A stretch of DNA of 63,116 nt, counting the filler. It is 15 parts of 15 records of this genome, joined end to end, with 100 filler letters (N's around TTAATTAATTAA, not from the genome) between each part and the next. Parts side by side here need not be neighbours in the genome. Positions count along the whole stretch, not along the records: positions 42,720 to 48,176 come from SRR15195285_8158; positions 48,277 to 51,437 come from SRR15195285_8166; positions 51,538 to 54,800 come from SRR15195285_8169; positions 54,901 to 59,993 come from SRR15195285_8183; 11 more parts are not named here. The stretch is one strand, 5' to 3'. Below the pieces are notes generated by a model that saw nothing but the letters and a program-made list of their open reading frames with translations, was not told the origin of the DNA and did not search any database. Shown piece by piece: positions 45,738 through 57,147 of the stretch (position 1 is the stretch's first letter; every line of letters begins with the position of its first letter). The position numbers were made by a program, and so were the translations under genes.

Positions 45738-46607
45738 TGACACTCTTGTCCGCCCAAGCAGTTGTGCCTCAGTGCAAATTCATACATTTTCCGTATTGCT
45801 ACCGTAGCCATTGCCAGTTGCGGCTTTAAGCATGCGTTCCACACAAATGGCTGGTCGATTTTGGTCAGTGTCCTTCACATGCAAGCCAACACCGCTTTCG
45901 AAGCGCACTGAATCGAGCAGTGAAGAGCACACCGCTCCGCGCGAAGCACTGAAACGGTACCTGAGCTTCATCGTGGCTCGGTAAGCATCGTAAGTAAACG
46001 TGTGGCCGATCCTGAAAGAGGAGTATGCCCCTGACGGCTGGCAATCCTTCGCTGGCGATCGAAGTATCGACCCGTATGCTCACCCGATCAGCACTAGTGG
46101 AACGACCACCTAGAGCTCAAACGAATCCAGGTCGACTCTGGCGTTGGTATTCTTCACAACACTCTACAGCAATGGTGGAGGCTAGCCAGCGAGGCAGCAT
46201 GATTTCAGTACAACTAGTTGCCGTGTGGAGCGGTTGGATCTGGAGACAGGTGAGACTGCTCCGGCCTCTGAGGATAGCAGTGGTGTGACCTTTAGCATCC
46301 CTCGTGTCGCAGATGTGGTGCTGATAGCGGTCTGCTGAGATGGCGATAGCCTGATCATGCGATGTGCTTGTGAGAACTCACCGCAGCGGGTGCGAGCTGC
46401 CCACCTACCTCACTATCGAGGCGTCTCGTGATCATCTTCAACTGAGTGTGTACACAAGTGCCGTAGTGCTTGAGCAATCATCGTTGCAATCACGATGGCG
46501 ATGGGTTTTTGTTGCCCACGATTGGTGCGAAGTGGACACAGATCATCAGTTAGAACACAAATGAAGCCCACCCTGCCACCATAATTATGTTGCTGGTGAC
46601 TATTGCT

Positions 46608-47952
46608 TTAGCCTTGCTTAACTCGGGTCTGTTGTTTCCTGCGGCCGCCGCAACAGCCGCCGGACGGACTCAGATCGTGATCGACTGGGTAGCTAAGGTA
46701 CCAGCGAATCAGCAATCCATACAGAACGTCCTTATCTACTGAATCGTTGGCGTCGCTACAACAAACGCGGTGCCAAACCGTGAAATCAGCACACAAAACT
46801 CACGGTACCACAAAGTTGGCTCTAGTTGCAAAAAACCGGGCAGTTCTTGCTTCGAGTGTTGTGTAGTGAAGACATGCGCCAGCCTTCACTACCGCGGTGG
46901 CGCCAGTACGCAGGAAGAAAACTGCGGGCGAACGCACTCATGGGTGGTCGCGTCTTCCATCATCGCACTTATCTCTTCGTCCGTCACGTCCATACCTCCA
47001 TTGAGCTCTGACATGGCCTTCGCAAGCTTTTCGCGTGTCAACTCACTGGTGGTAGAGCGTTCGTCACGTATTGCGGCCCGGCAGCGCGGAAAGCATCAAA
47101 CCAAAGTTAGATTGCAATATCGCACTTGAAGCCAAGGCACCAGAGGAACATGTGCACAACAACTGTACACAATATGTCATGCATGCAAGGCACTCGGGGA
47201 TAGCAACCCTAGGGAATTGCTACCTACCCTGCGCCGGCTAAGGGGAGCGCGTGTGTTTCAAGAAGGTCTGCGCTGCTCTGGATTTGCTTCCAAATTTTGA
47301 TCGCTGCAGGGATCTCCCTCGCGTCGAGCACCCCGTTGCCATTCAGATCCGCGTATTTCATAATCGCTGTGCACTCATCCTCCGATACCTTGATCTGTTC
47401 AAACTCCCACATGAACTTTGCCATCTTTTCAGGTGTCACGGTGCCTAGCACACTACCAGCGGCTCTTTGGAACGCAGCTTGCGCATGCTGTAACTCCTTC
47501 TGCGCATTGCGTGCCGCGCGCTCGCGTCGGGTATCGCACCGGCCTTGAGCCCTGGCGATCCGCTGGTCACGAAGCCCAGCTGTGCCGCGAAACACGGGAG
47601 CGTGTCTGCCTGTCTTTCCGTGTAGCGTCCCGAGCTCGTGGCCGTCCACGTAGGCATTCGTTCGCCCAGCGGCGTCAAGGCCGGTCATCTTGTCAACTTC
47701 GATACCATGGTGATCACGAGACATGCCGCCGCGTGGTGCTGGCTGGGGCTCCGACGCTTCTGGTCGCGTGGGTGGTCCATCCCACTGGGCATCGACAAGA
47801 ACGACTGGTCTCTCATCGCTCGCGGCGACCACCCCCAGCGCTGCGGGCTCGTTGCCGTCCGCGTCCGGTGATGCAGACATCTCATCGCTCGCGGCGACCA
47901 TCCCCCTCAGCGCGGTGGGCTCGTTATCGTCCGCGTCCGGTGATGCAGACAT
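46608..47952 (-). CDS. EF-hand calcium-binding protein; at least 3 exons; start uncertain; ~70-bp tandem duplication at 47811-47954
   Basis: ADLNGNGVLDAREI EF loop; spliced G|ELTREKLAKAMSELNGG..VTDEEI second, degenerate pair. Confidence 0.7.
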
Positions 47953-48453
47953 CTCCAGCTCCGGTTCGACAGGCTCTACACCCTTCGCCTCAGCCAGGAT
48001 AGGAGCTAGCGCTCCACGTCACCCTCAGCCGCCACGCACGTCCCTCCGTCTTCGTTCGTCGGGTGGTGCCGGCTCGCGCGCTGCCGCCGGCATTTTGCCA
48101 TCATGGGTGCACCGCATCACGGCTTCACGGCTCGATTGGATTTCGGGTAAGAGCCCTTCTGGACTCTAAGAACATTNNNNNNNNNNNNNNNNNNNNNNNN
48201 NNNNNNNNNNNNNNNNNNNNTTAATTAATTAANNNNNNNNNNNNNNNNNNNNNNNNNNNNNNNNNNNNNNNNNNNNCAGAGCCAGAGCCAGAGCCACAGC
48301 CACAGCTAGAGCTGCAGTCGAAGATTGTCTCTGAATCAGATCCAGAACTGGAACCAGAGCTGGCCCAGCTGAGCTGTCCCAGCTGGGGTTTCAGTGCTCC
48401 CAGGCGGATATCTTGTCTAAGGAGTTGCGCCTGGTTCCCTGGGTTCTGGGTCG

Positions 48454-49386
48454 ATGGACAACCTCTTTACGCTGACGAAGGAATTCGAAGAGCTGCAGCG
48501 TCGCATCGCTGTCCCTTCCGACAGTAAGGCCGCTTTGGACCGCTTGCATGCCGAACTTGATGGGCTGTATGAAAGGCTGTTCGTCATCGAAGATGACAGT
48601 GATCAGTGGCACCAACTTGATGAAGGAATTGAATGGGGGGTTGACCAGATCATCCACCAGCTCTCAATGTGGGAAGATTCGGACGGTCTCCGCCCTTCGA
48701 CGGAGCCCGAGCTGAAGCCCGAGCTGGAGCCAGAGCCGGAGCTGGAGCTGCAGGCGTATGCAATGCGACCTACGATCATGTTCTCCCCGGAACGAGTGGT
48801 GACACGGCGCACAGAAAGTCTTGCTGGAACAGGAACACCGCAAATAGCACCTGGCGGAACACAAATTGAGGCTCCGGCATCACCACCTACTAGTACCCCA
48901 GGCAGCAAGGATGTTCTTGCGCAACAACGATTGGATGTGCAGAATGCTACGCAGGGTGTGGAGGACGCTAGGCGCGCGCTTCGCCTAGCTGCACTCGAGT
49001 TTGAGCGAGCGACAGGCGAGGAAGCTGGCGTCGCACAACAGATGGGGCACGAACCGAGATCAGACGAGGTTGACCAGGAGTGGATTGTGCTGAAGAAGGC
49101 CACTGTGCGCTCGCACAATCACAGGAAAGGTGGTGGCTTTGCTCACTGTTGCGGCTCCCATGTCCGCGATGGTGGCAATCACAACAAGGTAGGCACCAGA
49201 AAACCAAGCAATAATGCGGACGGTTCTCCTGGCACAATTGTGAATGCAAAGCCTTGCGCGACGCCTCATAAGGTCAACGAGGGCAGATCGCATGGCGGTG
49301 AAGTTGTTGAGCTCATCGACGGGCACTTTATCAAGGTCAAGACTGCAAAAGGGAAGGTTCTCTGTGAGCCAGTGAACAAGAAGTAG
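48454..49386 (+). CDS. Hypothetical protein with EP repeats and coiled-coil segments
   Basis: 310-aa ORF with protein-like composition; no family recognised. Confidence 0.5.
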   Translation: MDNLFTLTKEFEELQRRIAVPSDSKAALDRLHAELDGLYERLFVIEDDSDQWHQLDEGIEWGVDQIIHQLSMWEDSDGLRPSTEPELKPELEPEPELELQAYAMRPTIMFSPERVVTRRTESLAGTGTPQIAPGGTQIEAPASPPTSTPGSKDVLAQQRLDVQNATQGVEDARRALRLAALEFERATGEEAGVAQQMGHEPRSDEVDQEWIVLKKATVRSHNHRKGGGFAHCCGSHVRDGGNHNKVGTRKPSNNADGSPGTIVNAKPCATPHKVNEGRSHGGEVVELIDGHFIKVKTAKGKVLCEPVNKK

Positions 49387-49499
49387 CGAGATTGGACTGT
49401 TCAAGACTGGGCCGCTACCTACTGCGTGGAGCGGTTGGGCGGTCGATGTGATACAGTGGTAAACTTGATACATTATCGCACTATTCCTGACTGCGCATG

Positions 49500-50993
49500 T
49501 CAGTGCGCACGGTGGCGCCGGTGCTGCCTACGCAGTTTCTGGGCAACCTCTGCCCTCACCCTTTCCCTCCGTTTTTTCAAGTGCGCGCGGCCTGGCTTAT
49601 CTCCCTGTTGCGCTTGCGAGAATGGCACAGGCATTTTCTGGTGCACAGCATCCTGCCGCCCCGCTGGCACAAACTTGGCCGCTGGGAAGACGATACCCCT
49701 GTCATTGTCGCGCTGCTGCCTTTGTCGCCGCATTTCAGCGACACATCCATCAGCCCGGTGCCCTACTAGCACAGGCGCTGAGACCCGACGGTGCGGCCGC
49801 CCAGCGCGACGATACGCTGGGTGTAGCCGAGCTGCGATGGCTTGGTTGTCCGGTGGCTGGGTGACGGGTCGTCGTGCCCCAGGTCCTGCACCAGCTGCTG
49901 GGTTTGCACCTGGCGTGTGCGGAAGCAGTCGACCGGCGGGAGTCTCCACCTTGGCTCGTGCACGCGCACGAACCAGTGCCGGGCTTTCCTTCGGTGACAG
50001 CAAATCCTGGTCTCTTTTCTTGACGGCCACCTTGGCCCGCACATGAACTTGTGGCGCGCTGTCCTTTGGGCGCTGCGCAGCCTGCTGCCCCTGTTGTGTC
50101 GGCGAGGATTGCGCGGGAGGCAGCCCGGAGGGCGGCACCGGTGTTGCTGCTGTCGGAACCACTGATCGGGCAGCAGTACGCTGTCGCAGCACCTCCGCAC
50201 GGCGCCAGCAGCAAGACCGCCCGAGTATCTCATCAATGCTCGGCCGTTTCTCTGGGCTTGTGCAGAGCATGTCCTTGATAAGCTCACGCAGATCCGCGCC
50301 GAAGTGCGACGGCGGCGGCGCAAACTTGCCGCGCGTGATCTTGCGGGTGAGCTCTCCCATTGAGGTACCCGTGAACGGGTACCGTAGCGTGGTAAGCTCG
50401 TAGAGCAGCACCCCAAGGCTCCATATGTCGCTCTTGTGGTCGTACCTTCGCCCGAGGCAGATCTCTGGCGACAGATAGTACGGGGTGCCAACTTTCGTCC
50501 GCGCCATCTCGCACGTGGCCTCCAGAACCTTTGAGATGCCAAAGTCCCCGACCTTGATGATCCTGCCGTCGCTCTTGGTGAAGATATTCTGCGTCTTGAT
50601 GTCACGATGTAAGATGTGCTGCTGGTGGCAGTGCTGCAGCGCTAGGCAGATCTGCACGAACCAGTCCAAGATCGTTGCCTCGGAAAGAAGCTTCCCTCGC
50701 TGCTTCTTGAGACGCGCGTGCAGATCCCCGTCCTCGGCCAACTCCATCACGATACACAGTGTTCCGCCGTCGATGAACTGCTCCACGTACTGCACGATAT
50801 TGGGGTGTTCCAGCCGGTGCAAGATCTTCGCCTCATCCTTGGCCGCCTGCCGCTCCTTCTGTGTCATGCGCCGCACGTCGACCTTCTTCATGCAGTATTG
50901 CCTGCCGCCCTTCTCGACAAGCATCACCGTCCCAAACGAGCCGGCGCCGAGCTTCTTCACCACCGTATAGTCGCGCACGGACGGCGCCATCAC
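49500..50993 (-). CDS. NIMA-related (NEK) Ser/Thr kinase
   Basis: GAGSFG, HPNIV.Y, ILDWFVQICLAL, ILHRDIKTQNIF, GDFGISKVL, GTPYYLSPE, KSDIWSLG. Confidence 0.95.
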   Translation of the reverse strand: MMAPSVRDYTVVKKLGAGSFGTVMLVEKGGRQYCMKKVDVRRMTQKERQAAKDEAKILHRLEHPNIVQYVEQFIDGGTLCIVMELAEDGDLHARLKKQRGKLLSEATILDWFVQICLALQHCHQQHILHRDIKTQNIFTKSDGRIIKVGDFGISKVLEATCEMARTKVGTPYYLSPEICLGRRYDHKSDIWSLGVLLYELTTLRYPFTGTSMGELTRKITRGKFAPPPSHFGADLRELIKDMLCTSPEKRPSIDEILGRSCCWRRAEVLRQRTAARSVVPTAATPVPPSGLPPAQSSPTQQGQQAAQRPKDSAPQVHVRAKVAVKKRDQDLLSPKESPALVRARARAKVETPAGRLLPHTPGANPAAGAGPGARRPVTQPPDNQAIAARLHPAYRRAGRPHRRVSAPVLVGHRADGCVAEMRRQRQQRDNDRGIVFPAAKFVPAGRQDAVHQKMPVPFSQAQQGDKPGRAHLKKRRERVRAEVAQKLRRQHRRHRAH

Positions 50994-51874
50994 CGCCCAC
51001 CGTACCCTGTGCGTGCGTTGCTGCGCCAGCTAGTGCGTGGGATCGCGGGAATGAACGCGCGCGACGGACGGAATTCGAGGACGATTGCTTGTGCGTTCGT
51101 TGCTTCGATGGTCCGCCCGCGCCGCGCAGTCGACGCAGCGGAAACTGCATGCTTTCTGTGGGCCATTTCCGGCACGCGGCGGCTCCGAGCACGCGCTCGA
51201 TGGTTCGCGGTTCTCCCCAGACCCCACCGGGATGGTTCTCCCGAGCGATGCTCGTGCCTCTGGCTCTGCCTGAGAACCCGGGAGAAGTTGTGGATCGATC
51301 AGGAATTCCTACTCTATTTTTGGAACAGACAGGATCCTACCGGTACTCGGATGCAGACACAGATCTATTGCACTACTAGATCTATTCATAGTACAAGACG
51401 GTGATACTACTGTGTGTTTCCCATAATCTAAGACTTCNNNNNNNNNNNNNNNNNNNNNNNNNNNNNNNNNNNNNNNNNNNNTTAATTAATTAANNNNNNN
51501 NNNNNNNNNNNNNNNNNNNNNNNNNNNNNNNNNNNNNGTCCTCTACGGTAGAAAACTTACTGACTTGTGGACAAAGGTCGAGGGCCGCACCGCCATTTGG
51601 CGTATTGTAACAATTGCGGAAGACCATCACAGTAGACTTAGACTAGGGTGATTGTCCTTACCCTCTAACCGCACCCGCCAAACATGCAATTGATGGCCGA
51701 TGCATCGGCTGATGGGGCACACTTCCTCGCCGCGCACCTTCTAGCTCTCGCATCCAAGTGGTTCACGGTTGACCGGCGCTTTTCACGCGTAGTCGCACTG
51801 CAGCAGATCACTACATGGTAATGTACTCAGGTTGGACCAAACGCTGCATTGGCAGCTGCATTTAAAGTCAATAT

Positions 51875-54596
51875 CTATGATGCGTCGATAGATGCATCCG
51901 CGCCTGTTGAGGCTGCGGGGTGTAGGGACAAGAGCAACTGCTGCTGATCTTTGTGCACATCTGCGAGCATCCTCAGCATCTGGTCCATGCTGTTCTCTAG
52001 CGTGGTCATCCGGTCGTGAAGGTCTGGTGGGTCTTCCTGCTCCTCTACATCCTCTAGCTGGATGCTGTCATCTTCAGTGTCGCTCTGGTCGAGCATGTCG
52101 TCGCTGTCGGACTTGCGGGCAACCATCGCATCGATGACCCTCGTCGCTTCGATGTGGCTCTCTGTCAGGATGCTGATGACGATGTTCATCAAAATCACGA
52201 AGCTGAGCGACACCCAGCTCCAGTAGAAGATGAATGTGCCCCACCAGGTGATCTCGCCCATCCGCCGGAAGTTTCCACCAGCAAGCATCAGCGCAAAGCA
52301 CTCCTGCGTGCTAGACAAGACGGTGCTAAACCTGAGGCAACAATCATTGCATCACCATCAGCAAGCAGGATACGAGAATGTAGGTCAGCGGCATAGTTGT
52401 GTGGTCCTGCTAAGCAAACGTGGGACACATTGCGTACTCAGGAAGTTCTGCGCCGTACATGAAGTACCCAGCGGTTGCGTACATACACAACATGAAAATG
52501 AACACAGCAAAGAAAGGCTTCAGCTCGTCAAATGCTCCGCGAATGGATTCCGCAACGATCGCCAATTTGTGGTCAATATGGATGCAGTAGCGCTGGCACA
52601 TCGCTGCCTGAAGAATGAGCATGACGCCACATATCCAGCGCAGCTCGTGAACAACGCCGACAATGTGGTGCATCTCATCCATCGCTTGAGAATGCTGGAT
52701 GATGACGTCGTTGTCAAGTGCAGGTCCAGGACCTCGCTGCCAGTCATCCCGTGTAAAAGACCACCTGGCATCTTCGCTGCTGTGCGCCAGCTCGATGAAC
52801 TCCGAGCTGACGTTGTGTAGCTGGTACAGGAGCACGCACGCGTACGAGTGGAAGCAAAGCAAAGGCAGAGTCAATACTAGCTTCCACATATCCGTAGAGT
52901 AGACCTTGGTGAAGTTTTTGGTATAATCGCTGTAGAACTTGTTAAACTCTCGACGATTCAGCCCAAGGCCGTGCACACCCGCAGGCCTTCCACAATATTC
53001 TTCCATGGCGGTCACGAGGTCACTGTCAGACATACTAACTTGCAACCTCTTCATCACTTCTTTCAGACCATCTCTGTCGACTGTGCCCGTCTTCCTGTTG
53101 TGTTGGCTTCTCGATTTCATGACCCCGTTGAAGATGTCCATATGCGTGTCGAGTGGGTTGCTTGATATTAATGACCAGCCGCGGGTCAACTTATCACCAC
53201 CGTTCGTGCAGTTAGTAGTCTGGCATAACCCGAAGATCCATCGTGGGAAAAGGGAAGTGTAATTCTGTGAGGCAACTCGTCGACGTTTCTCCTTCATCTC
53301 ACCTTGCGCGCTTGTTCGCCCAGCACCCCTCCTATACTTCGCTCCGAACATGTAGGCGCCATGCATAACACGCAACTCAAGGAACCATCGCGCGATCATG
53401 ACGAACACGAACAGCGTGTCCGACATGGGTTCCCACTTGCGCCAGAACTCCCTCGTGTTCAATATCGCACCAGGCACGCTCCGTATTGTGTGATGGGTCG
53501 TCACAGAACCGCCAAGATTGAAACGGAAAGTAAGCAAAACCTCGCTAAGCATCCCATACTCGATACTTGCGGTCATGAACGACGCTTCGATGACAGCCGT
53601 CGCTGGATCCGCCCACTCACTGTTGCCCGTCGCGTTGAGCAGTGCTTGCCCGGCTGAAAGAGCTGCCGGCTGACCAGCTCGCACCGGGATGAAGATTTGT
53701 CTTCTAGTGAGAATGCTTTTGTCCAGCCACTGCCGCTCGTCGGGCGAGGCCAGCAGGCGTTTGGCAGCACGTTTCTCCACATCGAAATCGTAGCACCCTG
53801 GCGGTGGGATCTGCTCATGGTGACTCATCGGCGCAGCAAAATCGAGGTCCTGAGCTGCCTCAGCAAAGATGCGGTTGGCCTTGCTACTGTGCTGGCACAG
53901 ACCGTCCATCTGTTTCATCGTTTCGTTTTGCAGTAGGTGCAGCTCGCCATGCTCATCTATCCCCGTGAGCTCGCAATGCAAAGTCTGGCGAACCCACAGC
54001 CCACCGAAGAGCACCGTGTACTCGTCGATGTACGTCTCGAGATTGGAATCCGAAATGGGTGGAGCACTACTGTCGCAAAAGTCGCACTCTAGCGCGCGCT
54101 CTGTGTCGCCCAGCACGGCGAGGCACTGTGTACGGTTACGTGTCGCCGTGGAGACGCCCGGTGTGAACGCTGCTCCAGGGTTGGAGAGCGCAGGCAGTAA
54201 CTTTCCGGCGAGCCAGGAAAACGTGTCTGAGCGCGAGCGAACGCGGTGGAAATCGTCGTCATTGTCCACATGGAGGTCGAGATTGTCGCGCAGCCCCGCA
54301 TGCACGTCCCGCTGCACAACAATGTCGAAGTGCTGATCCTGAAAGATCCACAGGGACAGAATGAACAAAACCGCGAAGGCGATATCAATCCACGGAGGGC
54401 GAAACTGCTCCGTATTTGCCTCCGCCATCCGCATCAAATCCTTGGTCGACATGGTTTTGTTTGCGAGTTTCCTTTCCCTCCTCTCCCGCGGAGACTCCCG
54501 CGACTTGGAGCCTGGCGTGGACGGCCGTGAGCGTACAGAGTAGCTGCCGCTGGGAGACGGCGTTGAGAGCACGGAGTAGCTGCCGCCGGAGCTCAT
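51875..54596 (-). CDS. Polycystin-2/TRPP-like cation channel; intron ~52437-52332
   Basis: TOP-like extracellular domain (W..GKLLP, GGLWVRQ, WAD.AT..I), S5 (YATAGYFMYG..LPE|FST), pore helix, S6 VILMNIVISIL, C-terminal coiled coil. Confidence 0.8.
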
Positions 54597-54903
54597 CCTG
54601 AGTCGGCGCGAGCTGTGCGCTGCCGCTCACATCCCACACCACCACCACCACCACCACCCACCAACCACCCGCCCGTTCTCCTGTCGGGGCGATCAGCCAG
54701 AGAACCACCCCGTCGTGCCCGCTGGCCAGGCGGGGCGTCCGGCGGTACTGCCAGGCTCGCGCTCGTGGCCAGTGCCACAGCGTTTAAGTACAACGTGATA
54801 NNNNNNNNNNNNNNNNNNNNNNNNNNNNNNNNNNNNNNNNNNNNTTAATTAATTAANNNNNNNNNNNNNNNNNNNNNNNNNNNNNNNNNNNNNNNNNNNN
54901 GCC

Positions 54904-56372
54904 ATGCTTGCCATGCTTGCCATGCTTGCCGTGCTTGCCGTGATGGGTGATGAGCTGGTCGGCGCCGATGATCTCATCCAGCCACGTTGCCTGAGCAGCT
55001 TGGTATCCACGTGCAGCGCTGATCGCGCGGCTGCTCGCTGTGGAACGTGTGCTGGGCGACAGCAGCACGTATTGCGGAGCAGTGGTTGCTCGGCAGCGGA
55101 GGTTGCTACGTGGTGTGGGGCTTCTGCTGCAGTCGTCGCGCCACGCTTGCGAGTGCAGGCAGATGGTAGCATCCACGATCCAAGTGGAAGAAAGTTCGTC
55201 GCGAAAGGTGTCAACTGGGGCAAGCGGCTCGCCCCCACAGGGCCTGGTGGCCTTGGTGGGCTGTACAATGCATCAGATCCCAGAATTCAGCTCGAGCTGT
55301 TCCCGAATTCCAATCTGGTCCGTCTCGTGTTGGACTACTATTCTGGTGGCGTGTGCGCCACAGACATCTTCGACGAGACGAGAGCCTCGCAAGGGTACAT
55401 CGCACAGAGCTGGCTAGATGAGATCGATCATGCGGTGGCCTGGACAAGCGAGTCTGGCATTTGGATTGTCATCACCCTGCGAAACAATCTCGGGACAGTC
55501 TCGCCGCATGGGGAGCGCACGAATTCTGTTGCTTGCGATGCTGACTACGTCAGCAATGTGACTGCTCGCGGGTATTGTTCACGACCTGGCGGTTCCTTGC
55601 CCAGCGTTACGCCGCAAGCAATAATATCGCATGGTACGAGCTGGCATCAGAGCCTCATCTCCTGCATAAGACGCCCCCCGCAGACGGCTCATCCGGCCCA
55701 TGGGTGCAGTGCCACCCTAATGCTAGCGAGGTGCGGGAGCTGTTTCAAGAAGCGGTTGAGAACCTACGCACCGTCGATGCTTCTACGCCTATAGCGGTTG
55801 CTCCGATGGGCTACGAGCACTGCCCTGGACTTGGACCCTTGGATCTGTTGCATGATGCAGCTGGGCAGCTGATCTACGCGATGAATTGGCCCTGCAGCCT
55901 GAAGACAAGCGCAACGACAGTGAGCTATGGGGACTCCGCGCGCTGCTCGGACTTTGCGAGATCTTCCACCGACCTGCCGTGCATTCCAGCATGTGCGCCA
56001 GACCACCACGAGAGTGATCCAAATGCCCTCTTCACGTACGACAAAGCGCTAATTCGCGAGTTCATGTCACCGTTTCTTAATTTTGGCCTACGATACAATG
56101 TGCCGCTGTGGATTGATCAGCTGATGTGTCCGCCGAAGCTGTGGGCGCCGGGTATTGCAGCCGCATGGCTTCACGATTCGATGGATGTGGCGAACTTCTC
56201 ACGTGTACACTTAAGCATAACCAGGACTTGGAAAGGTGATGTTCAAGACGCATCTTCGCAGTCTGTGCTTACGCCACCAGTTGGTGTAAACACGTCGGCC
56301 TCGCGCAGAGATTTGGCAAGGTACGGCGTTGACGAAGATGTCTATGCACTCTACAGACAAGCCTTCCAGTGA
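54904..56372 (+). pseudogene. Secreted GH5-like glycoside hydrolase split by a frameshift at ~55573 (pseudogene or sequence error)
   Basis: GSIHDPSG....KGVNW, VRL and ID.AV.W in one frame; WRFLAQRY, YELASEP and YNVPLWIDQ in another; no intron signals between them. Confidence 0.6.
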
Positions 56373-56929
56373 TTCTCTAAACGATACACATTGGCTCTTT
56401 TCGACAATTGCTGCGCAACGGTATGACATGGTTTTCGCAATCGTGGTCGTCAGCCCTCCTCTGTATCCACGATAGCGCAAAAAATAAATCAATTATATCT
56501 TTTCTAGCTCTCCCATACCTCTCCTAGCGCCTTGGCGGTCCGTTGGCTAGCATTTTCAGTTGCAAACCACCAGGCTAGCCACCGCTCGCCGGCCGTAGCC
56601 CCCTACATCATAAAACCTCTTCGTAACTTTGCTCCCCTACTCCCACCCCTCCCACAACAGCTGGGTGGCCGGTCCCGCGTACCCCTTACCCCTCTCTCTC
56701 CGTCTCTCCTGCCCTCTCTCTGTCTCTCTCTCTCCGCCCGCCCGCCCACCTGCTGCCCACCCGCCTGCTGCCTGCCCACACATCGATCGGAGACTCCAGC
56801 TGATGCGTGCAGCACTGCGTTCCTATGGAACAATGTCAGAGTGCATTATCGTGCACACTTGTCGTACCCCTCCCCATCGGTACTCGTAGATCGGCATTGC
56901 GTGCAAGCAGCAGGTTTAGGCAGTCGACC

Positions 56930-57050
56930 CGCCCGTACATGGCAGCGGCCCATAAATAGAGCGGTGTGTCTTGACCGGCCAACGGCCAGGTCAATTCGAG
57001 CTCCATGCTCCAGCAGCAAACGAGCGCCAGTCCTCGGTGCCTGAGGTGAC
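56930..57050 (-). pseudogene. Ankyrin-repeat relic
   Basis: ARLLLEHGARIDLAVGRSRHTALFM in a short ORF with no gene context. Confidence 0.4.
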
Positions 57051-57147
57051 CGCAATAGTTCTCTCCGCCTCCGACCCCTGCGTCTCTAGCATAGGCAGAT
57101 GCGCTGAAGGTTGATGCTGACTTCAGCTACCTAAGTTCCGCCTTGAC

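Noticed and set aside
45780..46600. Short ORFs between the SDR and EF-hand genes
   Set aside because: No motifs or consistent splice structure; left unannotated
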